NCBI RefSeq assembly: GCF_000142905.1
Contig: NW_013657661.1
Coordinates: 434,001 to 498,000, forward strand
From: Thecamonas trahens ATCC 50062
Lineage: Eukaryota > Protista > Apusomonadida
Direction: 5' to 3'
DNA: 64,000 nucleotides
Shown piece after piece: positions 1 to 11,900 of the stretch (positions are counted from its first letter, which is position 1; each line of letters starts with the position of its first letter). Below the pieces are notes generated by a model. It saw only the letters and a program-made list of their open reading frames with translations. It ran no database searches and was not told the DNA's origin. Made by a program: the position numbers and the translations under genes.

Positions 1-379
1 ACCTTGAACTCTTCCTCCTCCTTCTCCGCCATCCCACCAAACCGAGCCTTGTCCACCACCCTCAGCTTGTTATCATACGTCCACGGCACCTTTGCCTTCT
101 TCTTGCTAGCCTTGCCCGACCACTTCTTCGCCGGTTCACCCCATCATCACCCGAGCAATACGACGACGCAGAAGAAGCATCTGCCGAGTATGAATCCTGA
201 TCATCATCGGCATTGCTCTTGGACTTGGTGGACTTGGTGGACTTGGTGGACCTGGTGGACCTGGTCATGCTCTCCTCCGATGAGGAGAGTTCGTCAAAGG
301 AGGCATCCATGACGAGCTCCTGGTCCTGGTCCTGGGTCTGGACCTCTGTGGCCTCTGTCTTCCGCCTGCGCTTCCCCAT
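1..379 (-). CDS. Hypothetical protein, 5' part; continues off the window start
   Basis: ATG at 379 (MGKRRRKTE...) with a Lys/Ser/Asp-rich N-terminus. Near 140 another frame continues open to base 1 (EPAKKWSGKASKKKAKVPWTYDNKLRVVDKARF...), implying a frameshift. Confidence 0.5.
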
Positions 380-528
380 AGTGATAGATTACTATGTCTA
401 TGTGGGGGAAAGTGTGTGGTGTGGTGTGCGAGTGAGGTGTGTCTGTGGGTAGGGTGGTGGCTCGTGCTGGGGTGGGGGGAGGGGGGTGGGGGGAGGGGAT
501 GGGATGGGGGAGATGGTCCCGACTGGGT

Positions 529-669
529 NNNNNNNNNNNNNNNNNNNNNNNNNNNNNNNNNNNNNNNNNNNNNNNNNNNNNNNNNNNNNNNNNNNNNNNN
601 NNNNNNNNNNNNNNNNNNNNNNNNNNNNNNNNNNNNNNNNNNNNNNNNNNNNNNNNNNNNNNNNNNNNN
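529..669. other. Assembly gap (N run)
   Basis: Run of N, preceded by a G-rich tract. Confidence 0.99.
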
Positions 670-1177
670 AGAGTCACGCAACGATGGCGGTATATATTCC
701 AAACATTAATCTCTCTGGCAGATGAAAGTTCGTCGTATGGAATTTCCAGGTCTTGGGCGGTCGCTGCAAGTTCTTTCCTCGGACTTAGTCGTCGCAAGGG
801 GCTTGCGACTGGTTAGGCCGGTTACTGGCCTAATTAGGGCGGGACATCTGCACGAACTAGGAGGGGGAGATGGGGATGATCGGGGAGAGGGGGAGAGGGG
901 ATCGGTGATGGGGGAGGGGGAGGGGGATCGGTGATGGGGGATGGGGTGAGGGGTGAGGGAGGGGGGGATGTTTGATGATGATGGGTAGGGGGAGCGGGGA
1001 GAGAGGGCCGGCAATGGTGATGGACAGGGGGACAGAGGGTGACGAGCAAGGGGCGGGGAGACGGACAAGGGTGGAGAGTCGGTACACTCGACTGTGTTTG
1101 GTGAGACAGACTCAGGAGGAGGTACAGAGAGAAAGAGAGAGAGAAAGAGAGAAGGTCTGCGTGTGTCTGTCTTGGTC

Positions 1178-1314
1178 ATGGCTCGTAAGAGAGGCAAGCG
1201 TAGCGGAGGTCGAGGTGGCGGCAAGCGGCAGAGAGGCAATAGCGGGCGGTATGTCGACGTCCGGACCAATGCCGCCTTTGAGGCGTACTACAAGGTATGG
1301 TATCGGGTGGATGT

Positions 1315-1346
<32 letters not shown>

Positions 1347-3306
1347 TTGCTGTGGTGGGGACTCATCGATGGCGATGACCGCTTGCCGGACACGGATCTC
1401 TGGGCTGACATGGATGTCTGGCGGACAATGATCGATGCCGGATACGGGCGTAGGCGACTGGCATTGTGGACGAGTCCGAGTGGGAGGCGTTCCTCGCCTG
1501 CCTTCAAGCGCCGCTGCCGACCACGTTTCGTCTGTCGATTGACTCTGAGACGCGGGCCAGGCAGCGCGCGTTTCTTGGCGCCCAGGCGGATGCGCTCGTT
1601 GCGGCTGGCGTCGACGCCAAGTATGTGCCGCGGCCGCTAGAGTGGTTTCCGGACGGGCGGCTGTGGCAGATTGATGCGTGCAGGGGCGAGCTGAAGGCCG
1701 AGCACATGCAGGAGCTGCGGGCGATGCTGATGCGGGAAAACAGTCCGGCGACATCACCCGCCAGGAGGCGGTCTCGATGATCCCGGTCTGCTACCTGGGC
1801 GTCCAGCCCGGGAACCGCGTCGTCGACATGTGCGCCGCTCCGGGCTCCAAGACCTCGCAGATCGTCGAGTGCCTCGGGTGGTCGAGTGACGACGCAGGCT
1901 TTGTCCTCGCCAACGACGCCAACATTCATCGCTGCCAGACGCTGACTGGCCAGTTGCGGCGGCTCAAAAGTGACAAGGCGCTCGTCGTCTCGCACCAGGC
2001 TCAGGCTCTGCCGCGACTGACCGGCGCCAACGGCGAACTCGTTCTCTTTGACAAGGTCCTCTGTGATGTGCCATGCTCGGGCGACGGCACCCTCCGCAAG
2101 GCCGTCGACGTGTGGAAGGATTGGAAGCCGAACTGGGGACAAGCCCTCCACTCGGTCCAGACGCACATCGCCACGCGCGGCGCCCGTCTCCTCGCGCCCG
2201 GCGGCACTCTCGTCTACTCGACGTGCTCGCTCAACCCGGTCGAGGACGAGAGTGTCGTCGTCGACCTCCTCCGCAAGTTTGGCGGCGCCCTTGAGCTCGT
2301 CGACGTCTCAGACATGCTTCCCGGCCTCCGCACCTCGCCAGGCCTCACTTCCTGGCCGCTGGTCGCCGCTGACGGCTCATTCGTCGAGAGCCACGCCGAC
2401 GCTTACGACGGCGCCACTGCCCTGCCGGATCCGCAGACCGAGGCGTGGATCATTGACCAGCTCCCGCGCGCTGTCCGCATCCTCCCGCACCACAACAACA
2501 CCGGCGGCTTCTTTGTCGCAGCCTTTCGCTGGAGAGACGACCGGCCGGCTGCATCGCATGCCGGCGCTGATCCCGACCCCGCCACCGTTCCGCTCACCTT
2601 TCACGACGGGCTTGAGGCGCAGTCCGGCGTGGCACATCTGGATGTGGCCGCGGCCTCGGCCGACGCGCCCGTCATCGCGCTCAAGCCCGACTGCGAGCTC
2701 GCACTCGCGCTCTCGGAGAGGTTCGGCCTCGCATCCGACGACAGCAACCCGACGCGCCGGCTCGTCATCCGCGTTGCCGAGCAGGAGACAACGACCAACG
2801 GCCAGCTCTGGTCCGTCTCGCCTGCACTCCACAACGTCCTCTCCCACGCTCGCAACGTGAGCAACCTCCATGTCGTCGTCGCCGGCATGCCGCTCGTCTC
2901 GCGCTACCGGCTCGGCGCGTCGATTGTCGAGCAGTGGAAGCTGACTCAGATGGGCGCGCGGACAGTCGGCGCCGTCGCCACCCGCAGCGTCCTTGTCACC
3001 TCGCCTGCCGCCTTTCTCGCCGCCATGACCTCTCATTTCTCCCGCGATAGCAATGGGCTCATCACTCTTGCGGCCGAACACGCCGCAGCGCTCAATGCTG
3101 ACGCCATGGCTGCGCTGTCGCCGGGCCCAATCATCATCGCTGTCGATGTCGCCGCCACTGGCTCCTCCTGTATGGGCTCGCTCACGCCGCAGCACAACGA
3201 GCCCGAGTTTGTCTCGGCCTACCTCTACGACTCGGGCACCGTCTCCATCCGCCTCTCCAAGGCGAGCCTGCCGGTGGTCAAGGCCCGGCTGGAAGAGTGG
3301 CTGTAA
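1178..3306 (+). CDS. NSUN2: tRNA (cytosine-5)-methyltransferase, NSUN2/Trm4 family
   Basis: Exon 1 1178-1294 (…NAAFEAYYK), GT-AG intron 1295-1453, then exon 2. Motifs GDITRQEAVSMIP, VVDMCAAPGSKT, LCDVPCSGDGT, VYSTCSLNPVEDE, RILPHHNNTGGFFVA. One-base frameshift at the A run 1737-1740. Confidence 0.93.
1295..1453 (+). other. Spliceosomal intron (NSUN2)
   Basis: GTATGG donor and CGTAG acceptor. Removal joins YYK to ATGIVDESEWEAF in frame. Confidence 0.8.
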
Positions 3307-3342
3307 AAAGGCAAAGAGAGCCGAAAGGGGGTTGTGTGTGTG

Positions 3343-6163
3343 TTACAGGCGCCACTCGGCTTGTGCAGCAAGGTCGAATGGGCGGTCGATGGTATCGATC
3401 ATGTGCTCGCCGCAGAGGAGGCACTCTCGCGCGACGATCGAGTCGTAGTCGTCGCGGGCGGCCTCGTAGGCGGCCTCGATGGCGGCGGCGTCGTTGGCGG
3501 TAGCGGACGGGGCGATGAGGGCGGCGCGTGCGGCATCGACGGCGCGTTCGAGCTCACGGACGTGGCTGCGGAGCGAGGGCGAGGCCGTGGTGAGCGCCAC
3601 GCTCACCATGCAGTGGGCGTGGAAGACGTGCGAGCATCCAAAGGCGTAGCGGTCGGCGGTGGCGAGAGGAAGGTGGCAATGCGCGCACGATGACGAGGCA
3701 CGGACGTAGGTAAACCTATGGCGCGAGTCGGTGACCTTGGTGCGGATTTCCTCGGCGGCAGCGGTGGCGTCGGTCATGTCGCGCTCCAGCTGGGCGATTT
3801 CGCCGTCGTACGCCTCGAGCGAGGAGCAGATGACCGACCGCAGCTCGCCGAGCTTGGGAACGGTGGCAGGAGCGGAAGTACGTCTTCGATGCGGAGAATC
3901 GAGGTCTCCAGCAGCTGGACAGCGTCGTCGACCGCCTGTCGGGCTGCGTTCTCGAGCTTGGCGAGGTACTCGGGATCGAGGGTGGAGCGGTCGGCGTCGG
4001 CGAGAATGTGCGCGGGCGCGAGGACGTGCTTGGCAATCTCGAGCCAGACCCTGAGCGTCGGCTTGGCATCGACGTCGACGTCGTCGGTCGCGCCCATGAC
4101 CAGGTCCATGTCGGTGGCAACGTCGCGGGCAACCTCGAGGTCGCCGGCGGCGAGGGCGGCCGAGACAGCGTCGGCAAACTGGCCAATGGAAGTAAGGATG
4201 ACAACCGATGCCCGCGCGAGCTCGTGGTGCTGGGTCAGCCGGAGCGCAAGCGGCACGTTGTACTCGACGCCCGAGGAGAGGTAGCGGATGAGGCTTGTCT
4301 CGTCGCCCGAGGCGCAGAGGAGATGGAGCGCAAGGTCAGAGAGGGCGCGCGAGTCGATCGGCGGCTCGACCGTGGTGGTGTGGAAGATGAACCGGAGCGC
4401 GTCGCTCGGCGCGCACCGGGTGAGCGCCGGGATGAGCGCGTCGACCGAGTCGATGTACGGGAGAAGCGAGACAAAGGCGTCAACGAGCGGGCCCGAGATG
4501 CGCGACGCAAGCGCTGACGCCGACTTGAGGAGCAGGGCAATGCCTTGCTCAGGCGCAAGGCGAGTCCGCCGGATGATGACCTGCAGCGCGGCACTGTAGT
4601 CGCTTGCCTCGCAGTGGTGGACTACAATCTTCTCGTAGTCGCCGATGGCCTCGGCAAAGGCAAGGAGCTCGGGCTGGCGGCCGTGCGAGGCGATGATGTC
4701 GTACGTTGTCTTGGGGTCAACCACCGACGCATACCCGTCCAGAAAAGCGGCAAACTCGGTCGCGGCGTCGGCGTCGCCGGCGTCGTCGAGGCGGGCAAGA
4801 AGAAGCTCGAGGAGCCACGAGGCGAGGACCGTTCGCTGTGAGGCGTCCGACGACGGCGTCTCGCGAAGGCGGACGCGGACAAGGGTCGAGAGTGCCTGTG
4901 GGTCGGCCTCAAACTGAAGAGCGAGCTGCTCAAAGGCAGCGCCCGAGACGCGGGCAAAGGCGGCAGCGGCAAGCTCGGGCAGGCCGTTGGCCATAAAGTG
5001 CTTGCCCTGCTCGAGCAGGACCTCATCGCGCTGCGCATCTTCGCGGGCGTACTCGAGCGCCGACTCGTAGAGGCCTTTGTCGAGGTAGAGGCGCCAGACG
5101 TGGCGCGACTCGTCGTCGATGTTGAGGCCAAAGACGTCGAGCGAGGCATAGACCCAGTGCGAGCTGGTGGAGGCGTCGGTGGCGACGCCGAGAACCCGGC
5201 CCGAGCCCGAGTGGAAGAGCTCCTCCTCCACCACTTCCTCGGAGAGCCGCGAGATGGCCTGCCAGCAGTGGTCAAAGATGAGGACAAAGTGGAACTCGGT
5301 GATGGTGATGGCGATCGGGACGTGGATGTCCTTCTCCACCAGCAGCGAGCCGCGGCCGTACTCGAGGAGCGACGGCGAGGTGAGCACGTTGTCCGATGAG
5401 TTGGCAAACGAGAGCCCGCCGTGGTACACCCCGAGCGAGGTGGCCCAGGCAAACGACGACGATGCCGACTCGTACGGCCCGCGGTAGACGGCAAGCGTCG
5501 AGGTGTCGCCCGGGAGCTGGAAAACGTTGGCGACGCCGCACACCGCGCAAAGACCTCGGTCAGTGTCTCGCCGGGCCGGCCGAGAAAGTTGAACAGGCGC
5601 ATCGGGTCCGAGACGAGGACAAAGAGCGCACCCGACGGAAGCCGTTCGAGATGCAGGCCAGTGACCTCGGCGCGGACCGAGTAGATGGCCGTGGCGCTCT
5701 CCTCAACCTTGCCGGCCTTGACGTGCGAGATGGAGATGGTGTACATGTCTCCCGTGCTCGAGGCGAGAAGAAACTCACCAGTAGCGTCGGTGTTCTCTCC
5801 CGGGTTCCATGCCACCTTTGCCAGCGAGAGGTTCCGCAGCGAGCGGAGCTTGACCGGCTTTGTCCACGAGCGGGCGAGGTAGTAGACGTCGCCGTTGCCG
5901 ATGGCGATGAGCGAGTGAGCCGAGGTCGGCGAGAGAAAGACGGCGGTAATAGTATCCGAGAGCGACTTGGGCTTGACCACAGGAATGGTCTCGATCTCAG
6001 CAGGGTTGTTCACGTCGAGTCTCTGCACTTTTCCGCTCTTCAGTCCGAGGAGCACAAAAGCTGCGTCGGTGGCCAGAGCCGTCAAGTCCTGCGGGCGGTA
6101 CTGAGAGGAGAGGGAGAAGATAGGGGAGACCATCATGGAGCTCTGACCAGCCAGGCCATCCAT
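3343..6163 (-). CDS. VPS18: Vacuolar protein sorting 18 (Pep3), HOPS/CORVET subunit
   Basis: Three ORF pieces joined by frameshifts near 5522 and 3857. Pep3 motifs ITEFHF and VWRLYLDKGLYESAL, a clathrin-like helical repeat region, IEDVLPLLP…ICSSLEAY, and a C-terminal RING (CAHC…FGCSHVFHAHC…ECLLCGEHMI). Confidence 0.92.
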
Positions 6164-6585
6164 ATACCCTCCTGCACCACGAGAGCCCACCACCACCCAC
6201 CACCACCATACCCTCCGCCTAGCCCGCCTACCCCGCCTCCCACCACCGCCATGACCCAGACCCCTCCCGGCCCCCACCCCCCCCATTGTTCGAAGCCCCC
6301 CCCCTTCCCCCCATCCTCCCCCCCGGGCCCTCCCACTCTTTTTTACCCCCCCCCAAAAAAAAAAAACCCTGTGTTGTCCTTCCATTTTTAAAAAAGGGCA
6401 ATGGGGGGGGGGGGGTAATTTTTTGGGGGCTTTTTTCCTTTTGTTTTTTGTGGGGGGGGGGGGGGGGGGGGGGGTCACGAGTGGGGCGGGGAGGAGGGGG
6501 GCACTTGCACATGTGATCATGTTTGGAGGGGGTGGAGGGGTGGGATGGGTGTCGCAGTTGCAGAAGAACTATCATTGGTATCGGT

Positions 6586-6780
6586 GTCATGATCATTGTC
6601 ATATCGTCATCGTCATCGTCATGATCATTGTCATGGCCATCGTCATCGTCATCGTCATGGCCATCGTCATGATCATTGTCATGGCCATCGTCATCGTCAT
6701 GGCCATCGTCATGATCATCGTCATAGTCATTGCCATGTTTGCCATCAGCCTCATCATCATCTCAGCGCTCATCACTATGA
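6586..6780. repeat. Degenerate hexamer repeat (CATCGT/CATGAT/CATGGC)n
   Basis: Directly visible tandem CATNNN array between the divergent VPS18 and ANKRD13 genes. Confidence 0.85.
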
Positions 6781-7058
6781 TGAAGCCACGACATCCCTCC
6801 CCACCCCACCCCAAACTCCCCCCTACGGACGGGGAGGGTGAAAGGGAGGGGGGGGGGGGTACTCACCTGGGACACACTCGCACCGCTCTCCATTACACCT
6901 CGGACGCCTTTACAGCCCACACGACATAGGGGTGGTTGTAGGTGGTGAGTGTCTTCCTACTGTGGCAGTCCCGCTCCCTGGCTTCTGGCAAATCTCCCCG
7001 CAGTGCCTCCCCCTGTTGGCCCCCTTGCCCGTCTTGACCCAAACCCTCCTTCGCCGAT

Positions 7059-8921
7059 ATGGCCAACGAGGCGAACTCGGCCAGTGCCCGCCAATCTGCC
7101 AGTGGCGATGATGGCGAGGTGTGGGCTGATGCGGATGCTGGTGGCTCTGGACAGGATCCTCAAGGTAGTCGCCATGCGGATGGTTCTGCCGTCTCAGCCT
7201 CAGCCTCAACCTCCGCCTCCAGCTCGGGCACGGACACGGACTCGGACTCGGACTCGGACTCGAATCAGTTCTTTGACACGGCACCATTTGCAGCACCGGC
7301 GCTTCACAAGGCTGTGGTGACCGGAGACTCTGAGCAGCTGGTGGCACTGCTCGAGTCTGTGGCAGTGGCACATCGGTATCACGACAAGCATACCCATGTC
7401 ATCAATGCTCACGACAGCCACGGGATGACAGCGCTGCATCTAGCGACTCTGCTGGCGGACCAGAAAGCAATTGATGCGCTCATCGACGCCGGTGCTAGCG
7501 TAACGCTGCCGTCGGCCGAGCTGTATGCCACCTACCACGAGGCCATTGCCACGTCCAACGCAGCACTGCTGCTGCGTGCGCTCAAGATCATCCGCGCTAC
7601 CTCGCAGGTGGTGTACGAGACCAAGCTTCCGAACGTGCTCGCCACGCTGGCCAGCCTTGACGACTTTGCGCTCGACTTGGACTGGAAGGTCTCTTCGTGG
7701 GTCCCGTTTGTCTCGCGGCTCTGCCCGACCGACACCTACAAGGTGTACAAGATCGGCGAGGCCGTCCGGGTGGACATCACGCTGATCGGGCGCGAGGGCT
7801 CGTCGTGGATCCGCGGCAACATTTCGTTTGTCTTTCTCCCCACGCCGCCGCTTGGAGTCCTCTACTCGATCAACCACGAGACCAAGACATACTCGGTGAT
7901 CAAGACCGACGCCGTTGCCATGAGCGACTCCCAGCTCGCCCGCGAGGCAGCGCACCTGATGCGCTCAGAAATCGCGGTCACCGATGTTCCACTGGAGAAC
8001 ATCGAGGTTGCGCCGGCAACTTCATGGATGGGCTCGCTGCGGTTTGAGGAAGTCAACGGCTATCCGTGCTCAGTCCACAACATGTCCAACATTGTGGTCT
8101 CAACCAAGACGCGCAACGAGCACATCTCGCCCGAGATCCGCGCCGAGCTCGAGGCCCGCCGTCGCCGCTTGGCCGAGCTCGAAGAGGTGGCGCTCGAGGC
8201 CGAGAACCCAGACACGCTCGAGCTCGAGGCTTCGGAGACCGACGCGCTCCTCGACGATCTGCAGCGCAAGTATGGCTCGAAGCTCGCCTCGTCGCTACCA
8301 ACCTATCACCCGGTAGCTCGCGACGAGCCGGACGCGCTCTGGGCCGCATACCTTGCGCACGGGCCGGCCGTGCTCCGCGGGCGCGAGCTCTCGGAGCAGA
8401 CGTCGACCAAGACACTGAAGGCCTCGCTCTGGTGCTCGCCTGACTTTCCGCTCACCATCGACCAGTTCCGCCCGCTCCTGCACCTACTCGCCCCAGCCTC
8501 GCCCGAGTTTAAGGAGATCTCTGAGTTTTTCGACAACCGCCTCCCGCACGACCACGGCTTTCCGGTCCGGTTCCAGCTCCCGCTCTACAAGCTGTTCAAA
8601 GCCGAGGCCACGTTCCGCAACTACCGCCTCCTCGACGCATCCGACCCCGACGTCATCGCCCTCATCGCCCTCCCTGCAGACTACACGCAGGTTGCGTCGC
8701 TGGCCGACTTTGACGAGGCTGACTATTCATACGAGTCGTCACAGGTGGGCGACTCTGCCGGCTCCAGCTTTCCATCCACCGAGGACGATGAGGAGTATGA
8801 GAACGTAGAGTCATCCCGCGAGCACCCGGACGCGAGCAAGGCGTCGGCGTCGACGTCGGCGTCGCCATCATCGTCACGCCGCCGCCGCAGGATCAAGGTC
8901 AAGCGCCGCGTCCGGAGCTAG
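7059..8921 (+). CDS. ANKRD13: Ankyrin repeat domain-containing protein 13 family
   Basis: 620-aa ORF. N-terminal ankyrin repeats (HGMTALHLA) followed by ANKRD13 core motifs SSWVPFVSRLCPTDTYKVYKIG, VRVDITL, DFPLTIDQ and GFPVRFQLP. Confidence 0.88.
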   Translation: MANEANSASARQSASGDDGEVWADADAGGSGQDPQGSRHADGSAVSASASTSASSSGTDTDSDSDSDSNQFFDTAPFAAPALHKAVVTGDSEQLVALLESVAVAHRYHDKHTHVINAHDSHGMTALHLATLLADQKAIDALIDAGASVTLPSAELYATYHEAIATSNAALLLRALKIIRATSQVVYETKLPNVLATLASLDDFALDLDWKVSSWVPFVSRLCPTDTYKVYKIGEAVRVDITLIGREGSSWIRGNISFVFLPTPPLGVLYSINHETKTYSVIKTDAVAMSDSQLAREAAHLMRSEIAVTDVPLENIEVAPATSWMGSLRFEEVNGYPCSVHNMSNIVVSTKTRNEHISPEIRAELEARRRRLAELEEVALEAENPDTLELEASETDALLDDLQRKYGSKLASSLPTYHPVARDEPDALWAAYLAHGPAVLRGRELSEQTSTKTLKASLWCSPDFPLTIDQFRPLLHLLAPASPEFKEISEFFDNRLPHDHGFPVRFQLPLYKLFKAEATFRNYRLLDASDPDVIALIALPADYTQVASLADFDEADYSYESSQVGDSAGSSFPSTEDDEEYENVESSREHPDASKASASTSASPSSSRRRRRIKVKRRVRS

Positions 8922-11900
8922 CGCCGCGCTTGGAGCTGTGAGCGGCCGCTCCCGAGCTTGCGTCCTGCATGTGCCGCCGTATGGTGGCGGCGGCACCGCC
9001 GCCGTCGCTGCGGCCGTACCGTCGCTCTCGGTGTCCATCTGGGGCCTGATAGTGCTCGTCGCGGGCGCTCGGGGAGCTTCGCCGAGCGCCTGACGTCCGC
9101 CGCTTCGTTCTCCTGCGAGCGCGCGGCGGTCGCGGCGGTCGCTCTGGGTGGCGCTCGACCAGTGCTGGCGAGTTGGAGCGCGACCGCGAGTGCGAAGCTG
9201 ATCGCGAGCCCGACCGGACTGGACCGCTGCTCGGAGGCGCCCTCGCCCGCGGCCGAGACCGGGACCGAACCTTGCTGTGGAGCATCTTGTCCGACCCCGA
9301 CGGTTGAGTGACTAGAACCTTAATGCCAGCGACAGCTCCTGCAGGCGGTGTCGAGACTGTGAGCAAGTCCTCAGACGCCGTAGAGACGTCATCGAGCACG
9401 TTGTCAAGTACCTCGTCTTCGAGAATGGAAGCCAGCGAGCGAGTCTGTGCCGGCAGTGCACTGGCGGTGCGAGCCGGTGCCGAGTGCTGTTGCGGCTGCA
9501 GCGGCGATGGCACATGCATGGCCAGATGTGATCGCCGGTGTGGACTGGAGGCAACCCGCTGCAGCGGGCTGCTTGTGGCTGGCGAGTACGGAATCGGCGG
9601 CATCGGTCGCCCGGAGCTGGTCTGGCCGGAGCTTGTGGTCCGCAGCGTGTAGAGGGTCGAGCCTGAACCAACTGATGTCGGCGGCAGCGACGGCTGCCCG
9701 GGAGAGAGGACAGGAAGCACCGCGGTTCGGCGGTAGTACTCGGTCTTGCCCACCCGCCAGCACTCTGCCGCCAGCCAGGCCCCGAGTCCGAGTAGCGCTG
9801 TGGCGATGAACGCGGCCACGACCGCCGCGACTTCGGTCCGTCCGGCACGGAGCCCAGTGTCGGATGCAATGTAAGCGAGGATGGCGATGGTGCACGCGAC
9901 CGCCAGGAGCAAGGCGCCGCCATGGTTGAGCCAGCGGCTCCGTGCCGGCGCCACCACCTCGGTCAGAGCTGCTGTCAGAAAGAGCGGCGCTGTGGTGAGC
10001 GCGGCCTGCCAGCCCGGCTCGTCGCGAAGAATCGAGCTGGTGAGAGCCAGGATGGCGAGCAGCGCCAGCTCGACCACAACCCAAAGCAGCGCGCCGGTGC
10101 GGAAGAGGTCAAAGAGGACGCCGTATCGGGCGATAAACTGAGAGCGCGTGTATGCGCGCGGGCCGACGGCGATGAAGATGCTTCTTCCTCCTGCAACGAG
10201 TGCGCCGCCGACGATCCGGTATCGGCGGTCGACTCGCTCCCGTCGCCGTTGTCGACGGCAAAGTTGGCAACAGGCAGGCCCAATTCCGACTGCGACGAGT
10301 CCGAGTCCGAGTCTGTGGTAGAGAGAGTGAGGCTCGAGAGCGAGAGCGAGGCCCGCTGGCGCGTAGCGATGAGCTCTGAAATCCGCGACGGGAGCTCGAG
10401 GCGCGGTGCGTGGGCCTCGTCGGCGTCGGACGACGATGACCGGAACGTGACCTTGCGCCGGCGGCGGAGCTCGCGCAGCTTGTTGATGGCAAAGACTCCA
10501 AGCTTGGCCGAGTAGCCTAGTAGGCCAAGGAGTGACGAGATGAAGATCGGGATGTGTTCGCCGGCAAGGCACTTCATGTTGCGCGAGGCGCCGACGACCC
10601 AGAGAGTCGAACTGCCTTGTGCAAGCGAGATGCAGAAGATGCCGTTCAGAAAGAGCTGAGTGAGCGGAAGAAAGAGGACGACCGCGAGTGCAATCCCAAC
10701 TCGCGTTCGCCTGTGGCGGTAGTATTCGGCTGAGAGTGGATGGGCGAGGCCGACGACCCATACGGTGGTGATCGAGCCAAAGCCAAGAACAGCCGCGGCT
10801 GACAGGACCGCAAAGTGGTGCGCGGTGTAGGTGCCGGGGAGGCCTTCGCAGCCGGGGCGGACTACGTCCAAATTGAGGCTCACCGCGTCAACGGCCAGTA
10901 GGAGGTGGCTCATCCAAGACGGCAGGATAGGAGCGTGGGTTTTGGCCACGTTGCGAAGTATAGCGAGGCCGAGAAGGACCTGCGTTCCGAGGCTGATAGC
11001 CTTGTCGCTGGCAAGCAGAGCAGCGGCGGTGGCAACAGTCCAGAACGCCAGATTGCTGGTGATCAAAATCGAGAAGACGGCGAGCGAGCCCGTACACGCC
11101 GCGCATCCTGTGCCGGCGCGGTAAAATCCAGGTGCACACTCTGCGCACATGTTGCCCGAGTAAGCGGCACCGCAGCGCGACGCGCGGCCGCCAGAGCAAC
11201 GCGACGCGGGTGACGAGCAGGCGACGACAAAGCCGGCAAACTCAGACGGTGTCCAGTAGCCCTCTTTCGGCCACATGCGGTCACCGCCGGGGCAGCGTGC
11301 ATACGATGGGCAGGGCGCGCATTGTAAGCCCTTGCCAAAGCTGCCCTCGGCCGGGCAATCGTCGGTAAAGTAGTGGTCCGAGTAGACTGCAAAGGCAGTG
11401 GTGATCGGATCCGAGACGATAATGTCCAGGTAGCCAGTGTCAGATGTGGGTGATGTGGCTAGCAATAGCAGGCGACCGTCGTTGGACGCCGAGATGTTGG
11501 TTGCAGGCACAATCTGCGACTCGATGGAGACGTCAAAGCGGGCCTCGAGGTTAGAGCCATGGAGTATCAGCGGGGCCGACGAGGAGGCCGGCGAGACGGT
11601 GGGGGCAGTGCGCGTGATGCGCGGCCATGGAACGCGCAAGACCGCCAGCTTCAGTTCGGCCGAGGCCACAGCCACGGTATCGGCTGTGTAGCCGGCCGAC
11701 GATGAGGCGTCGAGATCGAGGGTGGCGGACACGGCGACATGGGTCGAGGCGTAGAGAGAGGTGTCGGTGGGTGCGACGACGCAGAAGGGGATGGAGGCAT
11801 CGGCCTCAGCAAAGACCAGTCGGGTCGAGTCGCTGAGCGGGCGGGAAGGACGCGCGGCGCCGTCCCGGCGCTGATGGCGACGGGCGGCTGTGGCATGGCA

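Noticed and set aside
813-860. Helitron 3' end (hairpin plus CTAG)
   Set aside because: The hairpin is about 24 nt from the CTAG, farther than typical, and there is no Rep/helicase or second copy in the window.
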